A stretch of DNA of 64,000 nucleotides, from assembly GCA_034434995.1 (NCBI GenBank), contig DAOTYF010000017.1, positions 20,060 to 84,059 of the forward strand, read 5' to 3'. The translations under genes were made by a program, and so were the position numbers. The notes below the pieces were generated by a model that saw only the letters and a list, made by a program, of their open reading frames with translations, was not told the origin of the DNA and did no database searches. How positions within the stretch are numbered: position 1 is the first letter of the stretch; each line of letters starts with the position of its first letter. This document shows, piece by piece, positions 18,122-28,183 of the stretch. Origin of the DNA: Anaerolineae bacterium (GTDB taxonomy: Bacteria > Chloroflexota > Anaerolineae > Aggregatilineales > UBA3940).

Positions 18122-18957
18122 GCACTCGACTCCGTCAGGTAGGCTGCCAGCGCCTCCTCCCAGGGCCGGAGCGTCACCCCTGCCGCCGCGGCAAAGGTGT
18201 TCGCCAGCGGGGTATACGGCGGTGGCGTTGAGGGCCGGGGAAAATCCGCCAGACTGATCGGTTTGACAGGCACATCGTCCAGCCCGGACAGCCGCAGGAT
18301 CGCCCGCGCCAGATCGTAGCGCGAGCATTCGCCCGCGTTGACCAGATGGTAGATTCCGGGTCGTTCGAGGGCGATCAACCGGGCGATGGCCTCAGCCAGA
18401 TCGGTTACGTAGGTCGGCGAGCCGACCTCGTCCGTCACTACCTTCAGCGGCTCTCCCGACCGGGCACGGGCCAGAATCTTATGGATGAAATTGCTGCCGC
18501 CCGGTGCAAATAGCCATGCCGTCCGTACAAGCATATAGCGGGGGGCGTAGCGTTCGACGACCTGCTCTGCGACGAACTTGGAATAGCCATACGGGTTAAT
18601 CGGATTGCGGAGATCGTACTCCTGATAAGGGCGCGCGGCGCGCCCATCAAACACCTCGTTGGTGCTGATCGCCACCAACCAAGCATCCACCGCACGGCAG
18701 CCCACCGCCACGTTGTACGTCCCCACCCCATTGACCCGCACCGCCTCCTGGGGATTCTGGGCACAGTAATCCACATCGGTCAGCGCAGCGGTGTGGATCA
18801 CCACATCGGGGCGGAAGGCGCTGAAACGATCCATCACCTGCTGCCAGTCAGTCATATCCCAGGCGGGGAAACTCGCCCCTTCCACCTGGTGATCGGCCAG
18901 CGCGGTACGCAACGCTGTCCCCAGTTGTCCAAGATGACCGGTAATGAAGATACGCAC
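18118..18957 (-). CDS. rfbD: dTDP-4-dehydrorhamnose reductase
   Basis: GHLGQLG, ISTNEVFDG, YGYSK, VTDEVGSPTY. Confidence 0.95.
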   Translation of the reverse strand: MRIFITGHLGQLGTALRTALADHQVEGASFPAWDMTDWQQVMDRFSAFRPDVVIHTAALTDVDYCAQNPQEAVRVNGVGTYNVAVGCRAVDAWLVAISTNEVFDGRAARPYQEYDLRNPINPYGYSKFVAEQVVERYAPRYMLVRTAWLFAPGGSNFIHKILARARSGEPLKVVTDEVGSPTYVTDLAEAIARLIALERPGIYHLVNAGECSRYDLARAILRLSGLDDVPVKPISLADFPRPSTPPPYTPLANTFAAAAGVTLRPWEEALAAYLTESSA

Positions 18958-19213
18958 ACCGACTCCTCAGCTCTGGATCGATCTGGCAGGCACGGGGCCT
19001 GTGTCCACGCCCTCCCCTGCCAGCATGATCAGGAGAGGCCGCGACAAAGCGGCCCGATTATACACATACCAACAGGCCCGCCCACATCGGGGCGTGCGCA
19101 GCACCGGCCTTCCACATCCCACTCGTCGAACGGCGGGCTGAACCCCGCGCCGACTTAACAGGTCGATTCCTAAAGAATGGTGCTATAATGTAGTTGAAGG
19201 GCAGGTCGCACTC

Positions 19214-19618
19214 ATGCGAGAAGCGCCAGGGAATACCCGGGGCCGCCCCCCGCATGAGAAGATGGGTCATTTCGAGCGCACCCGAATGTCTGACGCCCCC
19301 CGGAACCCACCCAGGCAACTAACACCCGGCGAGCAACTCGACCGGATGATCCGTCTGGCATTGGAACAGCGCGTGGCCGGCCACCAGCCCCCAGAGTACG
19401 GTCGGCAGATACTGCTGGCGCGCGCCCGCGAAGCCGCGCTAGCCCAGCGTGCCACCCCGAGGGGCCTATTCCGCCAGCTTCGCAGCTTGTCTTCCCCTGC
19501 GCCAGTGAACTCCGTGCTGTGGGTTTACAGCACCCGCACCGGGCGGTTACGCCACGATGCCCATCTCTCGCTGGCTATCAACAGCTTCACCAGCCCGCTG
19601 CTTAACCTGATGCGCTAG
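19214..19618 (+). CDS. Hypothetical protein (start may be 19286)
   Basis: ORF follows an extended -10 (TGCTATAAT near 19181-19189) and converges on the next gene. Confidence 0.55.
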   Translation: MREAPGNTRGRPPHEKMGHFERTRMSDAPRNPPRQLTPGEQLDRMIRLALEQRVAGHQPPEYGRQILLARAREAALAQRATPRGLFRQLRSLSSPAPVNSVLWVYSTRTGRLRHDAHLSLAINSFTSPLLNLMR

Positions 19619-20609
19619 GCCGAGCCGGGGCCGTTGGGTCACCCCCGCGCTCGCCACCACCTGGTGGGGGTGGCGTTTGCCCGATTCGCCGCCGGGCCAG
19701 CCGTCGCCGGGCCATCAGGAAACAAGTCTCCGCCAGCACCAGTTGCCCGGCGGCGTACACGAGCGTGAAGATGCCCACCGCAAATGGCAGCGCAGCTTGA
19801 AATGGCGGTAAGGCCCCATAGGGATTGGGCAAGGTCATGGCTGATCGGTAGGATGAAGGATTCACCAGCGTCAGGAGCACGAGCAGCCCGCTCGACCAGC
19901 CCCACAGCAGCGCCAGCACGCCAGCCAGACCCGCTCCCAGCAGCGCGCTGAACGCCAGCGCAACTCGATCAGCCTCATGTTTAGCCCAGGTTCCAGCCAA
20001 CGCGCCCAGCCCCACGCTGTAGCGCAGGCGGAGGAACGGGCCGATCAGCCAGTGCGGGATGGCCAGCACCACCGCCGCCAGCACGAATAGCCCATAGCCC
20101 GATGCAGGTCGCAGTAGGGCTGGCAGTCCCGTTGCGATACTCATCCCTCCCCAGGGCAGATAAGCGAAGATAGCCGCCAGCCCGATCACACCCAACACGC
20201 CCACCCGCACCATGACCAGGGCGATGGTCGGGACGACCAGGCGACGGCGGGCAATGCGGAGGCGATGGTGGAGGTTACCACCGTAGCCTCTGGCAGCCAG
20301 CGCTCCTCCGCGCGCCGCCGCCAGCCCGATCCCCCACGCAAGCATGGCCTGCACCCCGATCAGGACAGCCGCGCTCACTCCCAGCCTTCCGGCAATCATC
20401 CACTCCCGCGTGTTCAGCACCCAGCCGGGCGGGCGGTTAAAGGCAGCCAACGAGATCGCTGCGCTCACCCCGGCGCTGCACAGCAGAGTCAGCGGCACAC
20501 AGCCCATGTTGACCGCCCGCCGCCACCGCCGCGCCGACCATCGTCGCCAGGGGGCGCGCACTGCAATCCCTTCCTTCCGAACCTGAACCGCCGGAACAGG
20601 GGTGCTCAT
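19602..20609 (-). CDS. Hypothetical polytopic membrane protein (possible divergent ABC-2 permease)
   Basis: Several TM segments. ATGA overlap with the upstream gene. Confidence 0.7.
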   Translation of the reverse strand: MSTPVPAVQVRKEGIAVRAPWRRWSARRWRRAVNMGCVPLTLLCSAGVSAAISLAAFNRPPGWVLNTREWMIAGRLGVSAAVLIGVQAMLAWGIGLAAARGGALAARGYGGNLHHRLRIARRRLVVPTIALVMVRVGVLGVIGLAAIFAYLPWGGMSIATGLPALLRPASGYGLFVLAAVVLAIPHWLIGPFLRLRYSVGLGALAGTWAKHEADRVALAFSALLGAGLAGVLALLWGWSSGLLVLLTLVNPSSYRSAMTLPNPYGALPPFQAALPFAVGIFTLVYAAGQLVLAETCFLMARRRLARRRIGQTPPPPGGGERGGDPTAPARPSASG

Positions 20610-21622
20610 CGAGCCGCCCCACCAAGCAGCCGGGTGCGCCGCTGCGCCAGGCCCAGCACCAGCAGTGTAATCCCGATCTGCGAAGCCAGCACAGCAACCA
20701 TGTAGCCCGCAATGGTGAGGCTGGTGACCCAATTGATCTCAAGAGGGCCGGGGCTGGGCCCGGCTTGAAGGCCGGAGGAGATAAGATAGTAACCGCCCAC
20801 CCACTGGGAATAGGCATAGCTCAGCAGATAGATGCAGCCCACATTCACCAGGATAGTGGCCACCCACAGCGCCAGCCGACCGACCAGCCCGGCGGCGATG
20901 GCCTGTCCCCGCGTTGGTGCGTAGGCGGAGGCCAGCAGACCGATGGCCCCACTCAGCAGCCACTGGACCACAGGCTGGCTGAGATAGAAGACGAGGGCGG
21001 CGGCGATGGCGATCAGGGGCGGAAACCAGCGCGCCTGTTGCCAGAACAGCCGCCAATCCTCCGGGTACATATAGTAGAAGGTATCGCGCAATATCACGTA
21101 GGCGAACAGCAACAGCCCCGTCACCGTGCTGGCGAGCCGCAACACCATCAAACCGAACAAAGGAGCACGGAGCTGGCTCAGAGCAGCGGCGTACTTGGCA
21201 AAGAAGATCTCGCGCAGCGTGAGGGTCGTGGTGCGTAGCAGACCCCAGCTTTGCAGCTCGACCTCACCGCTGATCAACGGCGCTGCCTGGGCAATGGTCA
21301 GGATGTTGGCAATCGCTCCTGCCCCCACCTGGATCAGCAGCATCGTGCCTCCGGCCCAGCCGAGCATCAGCGGGATCGAGGTGGCGTAATCTTGCCACGT
21401 GACAGCCCAGGTGAACTGGCTCATGAACACCGTCACCCCAACGGCGATCAGCCCCAGGCTGGTAGCGGCGAAAACCGACGGCACGCAGCCCAGCCGCAGT
21501 GCCAGCAGCGAGCGGTTTTGGAGCCGCCGCTGTACCTCCAACCGGTAGATCGGATGGGCGAGGCTGGCCCATGGCGGTACGTGAATGCGTAACCTGCGAA
21601 GCACGTTCTGGGAAATGGCCAT
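20606..21622 (-). CDS. ABC-2-type permease-like membrane protein
   Basis: ISGEVELQSWGLLRTTTLTLREIFFAKY resembles the ABC-2 permease loop. About 6 TM. Confidence 0.7.
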   Translation of the reverse strand: MAISQNVLRRLRIHVPPWASLAHPIYRLEVQRRLQNRSLLALRLGCVPSVFAATSLGLIAVGVTVFMSQFTWAVTWQDYATSIPLMLGWAGGTMLLIQVGAGAIANILTIAQAAPLISGEVELQSWGLLRTTTLTLREIFFAKYAAALSQLRAPLFGLMVLRLASTVTGLLLFAYVILRDTFYYMYPEDWRLFWQQARWFPPLIAIAAALVFYLSQPVVQWLLSGAIGLLASAYAPTRGQAIAAGLVGRLALWVATILVNVGCIYLLSYAYSQWVGGYYLISSGLQAGPSPGPLEINWVTSLTIAGYMVAVLASQIGITLLVLGLAQRRTRLLGGAAR

Positions 21623-21674
21623 GCTACCCCACGCTTCCTATCCCAGAGCACCGATGGGCTGACACGCCAGGCCC

Positions 21675-22985
21675 TCACGGCACAGACGGCGGCTGCTCGA
21701 TATGCCCCAGGAACATCATCGCGGCGATCTGCCGCATGGCGCCGCTCTCGATGTTGATCTGCCAAGTATCATAATAATCTGGCTCACGGGTAGTCAGCAG
21801 GGTGACCCCATCCGCTGCCCAGCCCAATGGACGATGCCGGTCGTACCCCAGTTCGGCGACCACCCGCTGCTCTCCGGTGACGATATTCCCCCACACCAGC
21901 ACAAATCGCTCAAGCTGCGGCGGCCCATACGATTCGACGAATATCAATTCGCCGCCGGGTGTCAGGAACGGATAGCCGATCTCAAACGCCGCCCCTGCCG
22001 GGATACCCTCCGGCGCAAATCGTGCCAGTGGGTAGCCACTGATCAGATTGGTGACCACGACAGGTTGCTGGTAGGCCGCTGAGGGAGGGAGCGTCCGCAC
22101 CAGCACCGACCCATCCGAAGAGATATGGGCATCGCACAGCCGAGCCTCACCGCAGGCAGGTTCGCCGGGCAGGCGCGCCACCTGGCCGGTGATCCCATCC
22201 AGCACGTACAGATCGTAGCGCGGGTTAAAGATGGTCTGGTACGTGATCTGCGACGGGCGGCGGTCGAAGAAGACTCGCCTGCCATCGTTGGCCACGCGGA
22301 TCAGGTGGACGGTCTCGCCAGCCAACAACGTATCGCCGCCAACTTGCCGTGCATTCGATCCGTCCGCGCTCGCCAGACGGATCGTGAAGACACGATCCAC
22401 CCCCACACTCAACCAGGCAATAAAGTCGCCTGTGGCGCTGGGCAGGAATTCGTAGTAAGTCACGCCAGGCGTTGGTGCAGCGAAGCTCACTGGCTGGACC
22501 ACGCCTGCCGTGTTGGCGCGCTGCGGCTCGCGCGTGCCTGGCGCGTAGAAGTAGACATACTGGCCCGCGCGGGTCGCCAGGCCATCGTCGGTGCGGATCG
22601 CGATCTCCGTGACCTTCTCACCCGTGCGCGAATCCACCCAGCGCAGAAGCTGCCGGCCCGATTCGTCGGGCGCGCCCAGGTAAACATCAAATGAGCCTGT
22701 GCGCGGCGGCGCATCCGTCGGCACAACGGAGGGGGTTGGTGGGACGGGCGTAGAGGTCGGCGGCCCAACTGTCGGTGGGGTGACAGGGGCTTCAGTAGCC
22801 ACGGTCACCTCTCCCGACGGCATGGTTGCAGTGACCGTCCCTGGCTCAACCACCGGGGGAGGTAGAGTAGAAGTGGCCTCCGCCGAAGCTGCACCGAAGG
22901 GCAACGCGCACCCGCTGAGCAGGGCCAATGTCACCAGAACGCCGCCTATTAGTGCGCCGACTGCGTGGCGGGAGGATGCCTTCAT
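21675..22985 (-). CDS. Lipoprotein with Pro/Thr linker and TolB-like beta-propeller
   Basis: Lipobox LSGC, PT-rich linker, repeats such as PSATGDFIAW, ANDGRRVFF, SSDGSVLV, AADGVTLL. Confidence 0.75.
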   Translation of the reverse strand: MKASSRHAVGALIGGVLVTLALLSGCALPFGAASAEATSTLPPPVVEPGTVTATMPSGEVTVATEAPVTPPTVGPPTSTPVPPTPSVVPTDAPPRTGSFDVYLGAPDESGRQLLRWVDSRTGEKVTEIAIRTDDGLATRAGQYVYFYAPGTREPQRANTAGVVQPVSFAAPTPGVTYYEFLPSATGDFIAWLSVGVDRVFTIRLASADGSNARQVGGDTLLAGETVHLIRVANDGRRVFFDRRPSQITYQTIFNPRYDLYVLDGITGQVARLPGEPACGEARLCDAHISSDGSVLVRTLPPSAAYQQPVVVTNLISGYPLARFAPEGIPAGAAFEIGYPFLTPGGELIFVESYGPPQLERFVLVWGNIVTGEQRVVAELGYDRHRPLGWAADGVTLLTTREPDYYDTWQINIESGAMRQIAAMMFLGHIEQPPSVP

Positions 22986-23066
22986 GGCTTTCCTTTCCAG
23001 ATAATAATCCCCCCCTCCCCTGATCGGTGAGTGAGAGGCCAGGTTGCGATCCGGCAGCGCAGACCC

Positions 23067-23849
23067 TCAGGCGGATGGTTCCCTGCGCGCCCACACAGCC
23101 GCGACGATCTGAGGCAGCACTTCGCCGGACGGCCCCTGTAAGAAAACATCGGCCAGCGGCGTGATCTGGCTGGGTTCCGGGTTGACCTCGATCACCGTCG
23201 CCCCGGCCCGCCGCGCCGCGACCGGGAGCGAGGCTGCCGGCTGCACCATACCCGACGTGCCGACGACCAGCATCACATCACACGCCCCGGCTATCTGGAA
23301 GGCCCGCTCCACCGCCCCCCGCGGCAAGTTCTCTCCGAACCACACCACATCGGGCCGCACATAATCGCCGCATTGGGGGCAACGCGGCGCGTGCTCCGCA
23401 TCATGGTCAATTACTGCCAGGTCAATTGGTGTTGGCTCCCCCTGACATCCTGTACCGCACTTGAAACGTCCCAGCCGGCCATGCAACTCCACGATGTCCG
23501 TGCTGCCTGCGCGCTCGTGCAGCCCATCCACGTTCTGGGTCAGCACCACGACCTGCGGTATAAGGTGCTCCAATTCGGCCACTGCGTAGTGCCCGGGGTT
23601 GGGTTGGGCCTCACGGACGCGCTGGAGGCGCATCATGTACCACGACCACACCAGGTCAGGGTCACGGCGGAATGCCTGAGGCGTCGCCAACTGCTGAGGG
23701 TCGTACTGTGCCCACAGCCCGGTCTGGGCCTCACGAAAGGTCATCAACCCGCTTTCCCTGGACATCCCCGCCCCGCTTGATACGGCCAGCAGGCGGGCCG
23801 CAGCCAGGACCTCGGCGGCCTGGCGGATCAGGAGTGGATCGAGTGCCAT
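23067..23849 (-). CDS. cobB: NAD-dependent protein deacylase (class III sirtuin)
   Basis: GAGMSRESG, TQNVDGLH, HG, two Cys pairs for Zn, RPDVVWFGE, GTS. The YxxR acyl-pocket motif (WYMMR) is present. Confidence 0.93.
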   Translation of the reverse strand: MALDPLLIRQAAEVLAAARLLAVSSGAGMSRESGLMTFREAQTGLWAQYDPQQLATPQAFRRDPDLVWSWYMMRLQRVREAQPNPGHYAVAELEHLIPQVVVLTQNVDGLHERAGSTDIVELHGRLGRFKCGTGCQGEPTPIDLAVIDHDAEHAPRCPQCGDYVRPDVVWFGENLPRGAVERAFQIAGACDVMLVVGTSGMVQPAASLPVAARRAGATVIEVNPEPSQITPLADVFLQGPSGEVLPQIVAAVWARREPSA

Positions 23850-23917
23850 GCTTTGAAATTGTACCCGTTGTGAAGAGGGGGGCAAGCGCCTTTGCTGTGG
23901 AAGCAGGTAGCTACTTG

Positions 23918-24568
23918 TTATGACCGGCTCAACGGCCCGACCGACTTGACCACCAGCCGGAGCAGCCCCAGTTCGACCCGATCCCCCACGTTCAGCGGAT
24001 ATCGCTGGCCCGGCTCAAGATAACTGCCGTTGATCCACGTGCCGTTTGTGCTATCCAGATCGACCAGGTACAACGCCTCGCCGGTCGGTATCAGGACGGC
24101 GTGCTGGCGCGATACGCCGTGTTCCAGCGCTAGATGCGGCGTTAGGTCGAAGTCAGGGTTCTGGCTGCCCTCCGGGTCAGCGCGCCCGATCACCAGCGTC
24201 TCGCGCACATCTAGGCCGATGGTGGAAGGCTTGCGGGCAGCGGTGATCAGGATCAGCCGCCAGGCCGGCGGCTCCGCCAGCTTGGGAACCGCCCGGACAC
24301 GATTCGTATCGTCCGGCTCCGGCGAGTCCACGCGGGGCAGCCGAGGCGGTGGTGCTGAGCTGGCCTCATGGAGGATCGTCGCCGGGCGGCGGCGGGGGCG
24401 CAGCAGCCCCGGAGCCGTGCCGGGCTGCAAGGGGCGCAGCGGCTTGAGCGGGCGCGTATCGGTCTCAGGGTCGAATGGCGGCTCGACGATCTTCGGCTCA
24501 TCACTGCCCGACTCATCACCAGGCCGGACATCATCCAATGGTATGCCGTCATCAGGAGGCTTCGTCAT
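23918..24568 (-). CDS. FHA domain protein with disordered Pro-rich N-terminus
   Basis: IGR...GVSRQHA...DLDSTNGTWING. Confidence 0.92.
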   Translation of the reverse strand: MTKPPDDGIPLDDVRPGDESGSDEPKIVEPPFDPETDTRPLKPLRPLQPGTAPGLLRPRRRPATILHEASSAPPPRLPRVDSPEPDDTNRVRAVPKLAEPPAWRLILITAARKPSTIGLDVRETLVIGRADPEGSQNPDFDLTPHLALEHGVSRQHAVLIPTGEALYLVDLDSTNGTWINGSYLEPGQRYPLNVGDRVELGLLRLVVKSVGPLSRS

Positions 24569-24595
24569 AAGCGCGTGCTTCTCAAACGTAGGTCG

Positions 24596-24925
24596 CTAAG
24601 CGTTATCGGCTTCGGCCTGACCTTGCTCAGCAGGAGGTTGTGGCGGCTTTAGCAGAACATACCCGGCGAACAGGCCCACTCCAAGCCCGGCCACTGCGCC
24701 GGGACTACTCCACCGGCCATACACCGCCAGCCCAAACAGCGCCGCCGTGCCCAGGAAGACCAGCGGCACGTAGAAGCGCATCCGAAACTTGTACAGCAGC
24801 GTATAGCGCAGCACCGATCCCGCCACAGCCCCCACCCCCAGCGTGCCAACGAAGCGTAGCGTGATCCCTAGCCATTCATAGATCGGGTAGATCAACTCGT
24901 TGATGACCTGCGCCAACGTGACCAT
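24596..24925 (-). CDS. Small membrane protein
   Basis: 109 aa, about 3 TM, GGGAGG SD upstream. Confidence 0.7.
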   Translation of the reverse strand: MVTLAQVINELIYPIYEWLGITLRFVGTLGVGAVAGSVLRYTLLYKFRMRFYVPLVFLGTAALFGLAVYGRWSSPGAVAGLGVGLFAGYVLLKPPQPPAEQGQAEADNA

Positions 24926-25012
24926 CCAGCCCTCCCGAATCCGGCCCCGACGATACGCCTAATGTACCCCAAACCTCCCTGGATGGGAAGTGCGGGGAGG
25001 CGGCCTCCCATG

Positions 25013-25579
25013 TCAACTGTGCTCTCGGGTGCGTTGCACGTTCTCCAACCATACCTCAACCAGCGCGCTCTCGTCGCTCAGACCGGCCACCGCACACGTG
25101 GCAATCCGCACATACCGTTCCGCTGGGCCGCCCCGCGCAAACTGAACCCGGAATCGGTCTGCCTGACGTGTCGCAGCCACACGGTAGCCCACATGCCGGA
25201 AGCCCACCTCCCGGCTCTCCACCTCGCCCGCGCCCTGCTCGAAGATGACCGGGTCATAGGGCAGGTGCAGGGGAATGGCGATCCCTCCCTGGATCGGAGC
25301 GCCGGGCGTGGGAGCATCGAGGATATCGATTGCCGTCAGTCGCACACCGAACAGGTCCAGACCCAGCACCCTTCCATCCACGGGTGACACTCTAAATGTG
25401 CCCTTGTCTCCGACGCGGATGGGCATCAGGCGGGGTGTCGCTTCCATTGCCTCTGGTGCGATCTCCAGTGCAGCACGCAGCGCTGGCCCATACGGAGGAG
25501 AGAGAGCCAGAAACCAACCCGTATAAATGGCCTGCCCATCCAGCATTGGGAAGCGCGGCTCAACCTTGACAACGATCAT
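25013..25579 (-). CDS. Hypothetical protein
   Basis: 188-aa ORF co-oriented with neighbours and filling the gap. Confidence 0.65.
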   Translation of the reverse strand: MIVVKVEPRFPMLDGQAIYTGWFLALSPPYGPALRAALEIAPEAMEATPRLMPIRVGDKGTFRVSPVDGRVLGLDLFGVRLTAIDILDAPTPGAPIQGGIAIPLHLPYDPVIFEQGAGEVESREVGFRHVGYRVAATRQADRFRVQFARGGPAERYVRIATCAVAGLSDESALVEVWLENVQRTREHS

Positions 25580-25653
25580 CCAAACACTGCCAGTGAGAAG
25601 CCGAATCAGATCAGTTCAATCTGCTACTCATGCGCCGCCGGCAGTTCTCGCCC

Positions 25654-27294
25654 TTAGAACCCTATCGCACAACCGTCCGCGCGGGAATCGCTGCCCCCGC
25701 ACAGCACGCCATTAGTCGGGTCGCGGGTGATGATCTGCCCGCGCCCGAAGATCGCCCGGTCATACCCGCTGACTGGGCGCACCGGATGGCCCAGGGCCGC
25801 CAGCCGTGCCATCACCTGTATAGGGATGCCCTCCTCAAGCGCCACCCTGCCGTCTGGTGCGCCTTCCTCTAGGTACACGCGAGGGCGGTCCAGGGCGGCC
25901 TGGGGATCGGCGCCATCGAGGACGAGCGCCAGGATCACCTGGACGTGGCCCTGTGGTTGCATAAAACCGCCCATCACCCCCAAGCTGGCATAGAGCGACC
26001 CATCCGATTCGCGGGTAGCCATGCCAGGGATGATGGTGTGATAGGGGCGCTTGCGCGGCGCAAGGGCATTGGGATGGTGGGGATCGAGCGCAAAGCCCCA
26101 GCCTCGGTTCTGCAGCGAAAAGCCCGTGCCGGGCGGCACGATTCCAGTCCCGAATCCCCAGTAATTGGAGTTGATGAACGAGCAGGCATTCCCCTGCCCG
26201 TCCACAATGCTGAAGTACACGGTGTCCGGCCCCATCGTTAGCGCGCCCGGCTGTTGATCCAGCGTGGCCTGATGGGGGTTGATCAGCCTGGCGCGCTCGC
26301 GGGCGTAGGCCTCGCTCAGCAACCTATCCAGCGGCGCGTGGCAGAAGGCTGGATCAGCCACCCACCATAGCGTATCGGCGAAGGCCAACCGCAGCGCTTC
26401 GATGATTAGGTGCAACCGCTCTGCCGAAAGCGGGTCATCCGGCAGATCAAGCTGCGCCAGGATGTTGAGCGCGATCAGCGCCGCCAGGCCCTGACCATTG
26501 GGTGGGCATTCATAGATGCGGATTCCCCGGTAGAGGGTGCTGATCGGCTCCTCCCAGGTCGAGGTATGCAGGGCCAGATCATCCTCAGCCATCACCCCAC
26601 CATGCGCCTGCACCGTCTCCACAATATTCCGCGCGATGTCACCCCGGTAAAAGGCATCCTTCCCGCCTTCCGCCAGCGCCCGCATGGTCTGCGCTAAGGT
26701 AGGGTTGCGGAACACCTCTCCTGCCCTTGGCGCGCGCCCCTGAATCAGCAACTCCTGACCGCCTGCGGAATTGCGGAGCTGTAACTCCGCCCCGCGTGCC
26801 CACGCATGGGCGGTCAGCGGAGCGACCGGGAAGCCCTCTTCGGCCAGCCGGATTGCAGGCGCCAGGAGGTCGCGTAGCGGCAGCGATCCATGTCGCTCGA
26901 TCAGATCGCACCAACCCGCCGCCGCCCCCGGGACGGTGATGGTATGGGCGTGGAAGGGCGGCATCTGCCGGTCAAAGGCCTGCTCGCGCAGCAGGTCGAG
27001 TGTCAGCGCGGCGGGCGCACGCCCCGACCCGTTCAGGGCGGTCACTTCGCCTGTCTGGCTATCGTAGAACAGCGCAAAACAATCCCCGCCCAGGCCCGTG
27101 CTGGTTGGCTCGGTGACGTTCAGGGCAGCGGCAGTGGCCACCGCGGCATCCGCCGCGTTGCCGCCCGCCATCAAAATAGCCAGCCCAGCTTGTGAAGCCA
27201 ACGGCTGGCTCGAAGCAACCATGCCCTGCATCGCATACACCGGCGACCGGCGCGATTCAAATGCGGGCTGGCTCAGCATCATCGTTCCTTCCAC
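25654..27294 (-). CDS. ggt: Gamma-glutamyltransferase family protein
   Basis: GGNAADAAVA, TVPGAAAGW, autocleavage Thr (DTVYFS), KRPYHTIIP, GVMGGFMQPQGH. Confidence 0.95.
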   Translation of the reverse strand: MEGTMMLSQPAFESRRSPVYAMQGMVASSQPLASQAGLAILMAGGNAADAAVATAAALNVTEPTSTGLGGDCFALFYDSQTGEVTALNGSGRAPAALTLDLLREQAFDRQMPPFHAHTITVPGAAAGWCDLIERHGSLPLRDLLAPAIRLAEEGFPVAPLTAHAWARGAELQLRNSAGGQELLIQGRAPRAGEVFRNPTLAQTMRALAEGGKDAFYRGDIARNIVETVQAHGGVMAEDDLALHTSTWEEPISTLYRGIRIYECPPNGQGLAALIALNILAQLDLPDDPLSAERLHLIIEALRLAFADTLWWVADPAFCHAPLDRLLSEAYARERARLINPHQATLDQQPGALTMGPDTVYFSIVDGQGNACSFINSNYWGFGTGIVPPGTGFSLQNRGWGFALDPHHPNALAPRKRPYHTIIPGMATRESDGSLYASLGVMGGFMQPQGHVQVILALVLDGADPQAALDRPRVYLEEGAPDGRVALEEGIPIQVMARLAALGHPVRPVSGYDRAIFGRGQIITRDPTNGVLCGGSDSRADGCAIGF

Positions 27295-27304
27295 AAGGGC
27301 GATC

Positions 27305-28174
27305 TCAGGGCGTGGCTCCGGTGAGGTTTGCCAGGATGAGCGCTGCCGACCCGATCATGTTCCACACCATGTGCGCTACCACGCTCGGCTGGACGGAGCC
27401 GGTGTATGCTCGTAGGGCGGTCAGGTACAGGGAAAATACGGTGATCATCAGGATCGACCCCAGTCGGTCGAAGCCCGCGAAGAAGTGCATCGCCGCAAAG
27501 ACCAGGCTGGTCACAACGAAAGCGACAATGTGCCGCTCCCAGCCCCGACCATGTGCGGCGCGTGGCAACAGGAGCGCGTTGTACAGCGCACCGCGAAACA
27601 CCACTTCCTCGGCCAGAGGCGCAATGAAGCTGACCACCAGGGCCGAGACAACGCGCAGTAGTGGGCTGCTGAACAACAATATCTGCTCGTCCACCTGGGA
27701 TTCGCCGAAGACCGTCGTGACACCAAACGCGACGGTCAGCAGCAGGGGGACCGTAACCAGCGGCACGAGCCAGAGAGGTAGCCGGTCAGGGGGCCGCCAG
27801 GCCAGCCAGTCGCCTGCATTAAAGCGCGGCCCCCTGGAAACCCGATTCCATAACCAGGGCCAGCTAAAGCTCATCAGCACTGTCGTTAGGCCAGCCAGCG
27901 CCGCCGCCAGAACGGTCAGCAGCAGGCCCTCATCCGAGGACAGAAACGCCTCAAGTGCTGCTTGGTATTCCCCCTGCGCCATCAGCGGGTCGGCGGCGGC
28001 AATGGCAAAGGCTACCGGAAGGAAGACCGCGATCTGCACGGCGATAAACGCCCCAATGACCAGTCCGGCCAACGCCCAGCGCCCGACGCGGGGCGGGTCG
28101 GCCTGCCTGCTTTCCGGCAACACCGGCGGTACGGCAGGTTGGTTCAACCCCATCACATTGTCAGTCAACCCCAT
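27305..28174 (-). CDS. CPBP (CAAX/Abi) intramembrane glutamic endopeptidase
   Basis: EEVVFRG, FAAMH, HMVWN motifs. Confidence 0.92.
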   Translation of the reverse strand: MGLTDNVMGLNQPAVPPVLPESRQADPPRVGRWALAGLVIGAFIAVQIAVFLPVAFAIAAADPLMAQGEYQAALEAFLSSDEGLLLTVLAAALAGLTTVLMSFSWPWLWNRVSRGPRFNAGDWLAWRPPDRLPLWLVPLVTVPLLLTVAFGVTTVFGESQVDEQILLFSSPLLRVVSALVVSFIAPLAEEVVFRGALYNALLLPRAAHGRGWERHIVAFVVTSLVFAAMHFFAGFDRLGSILMITVFSLYLTALRAYTGSVQPSVVAHMVWNMIGSAALILANLTGATP

Positions 28175-28183
28175 CTCCTTAAC

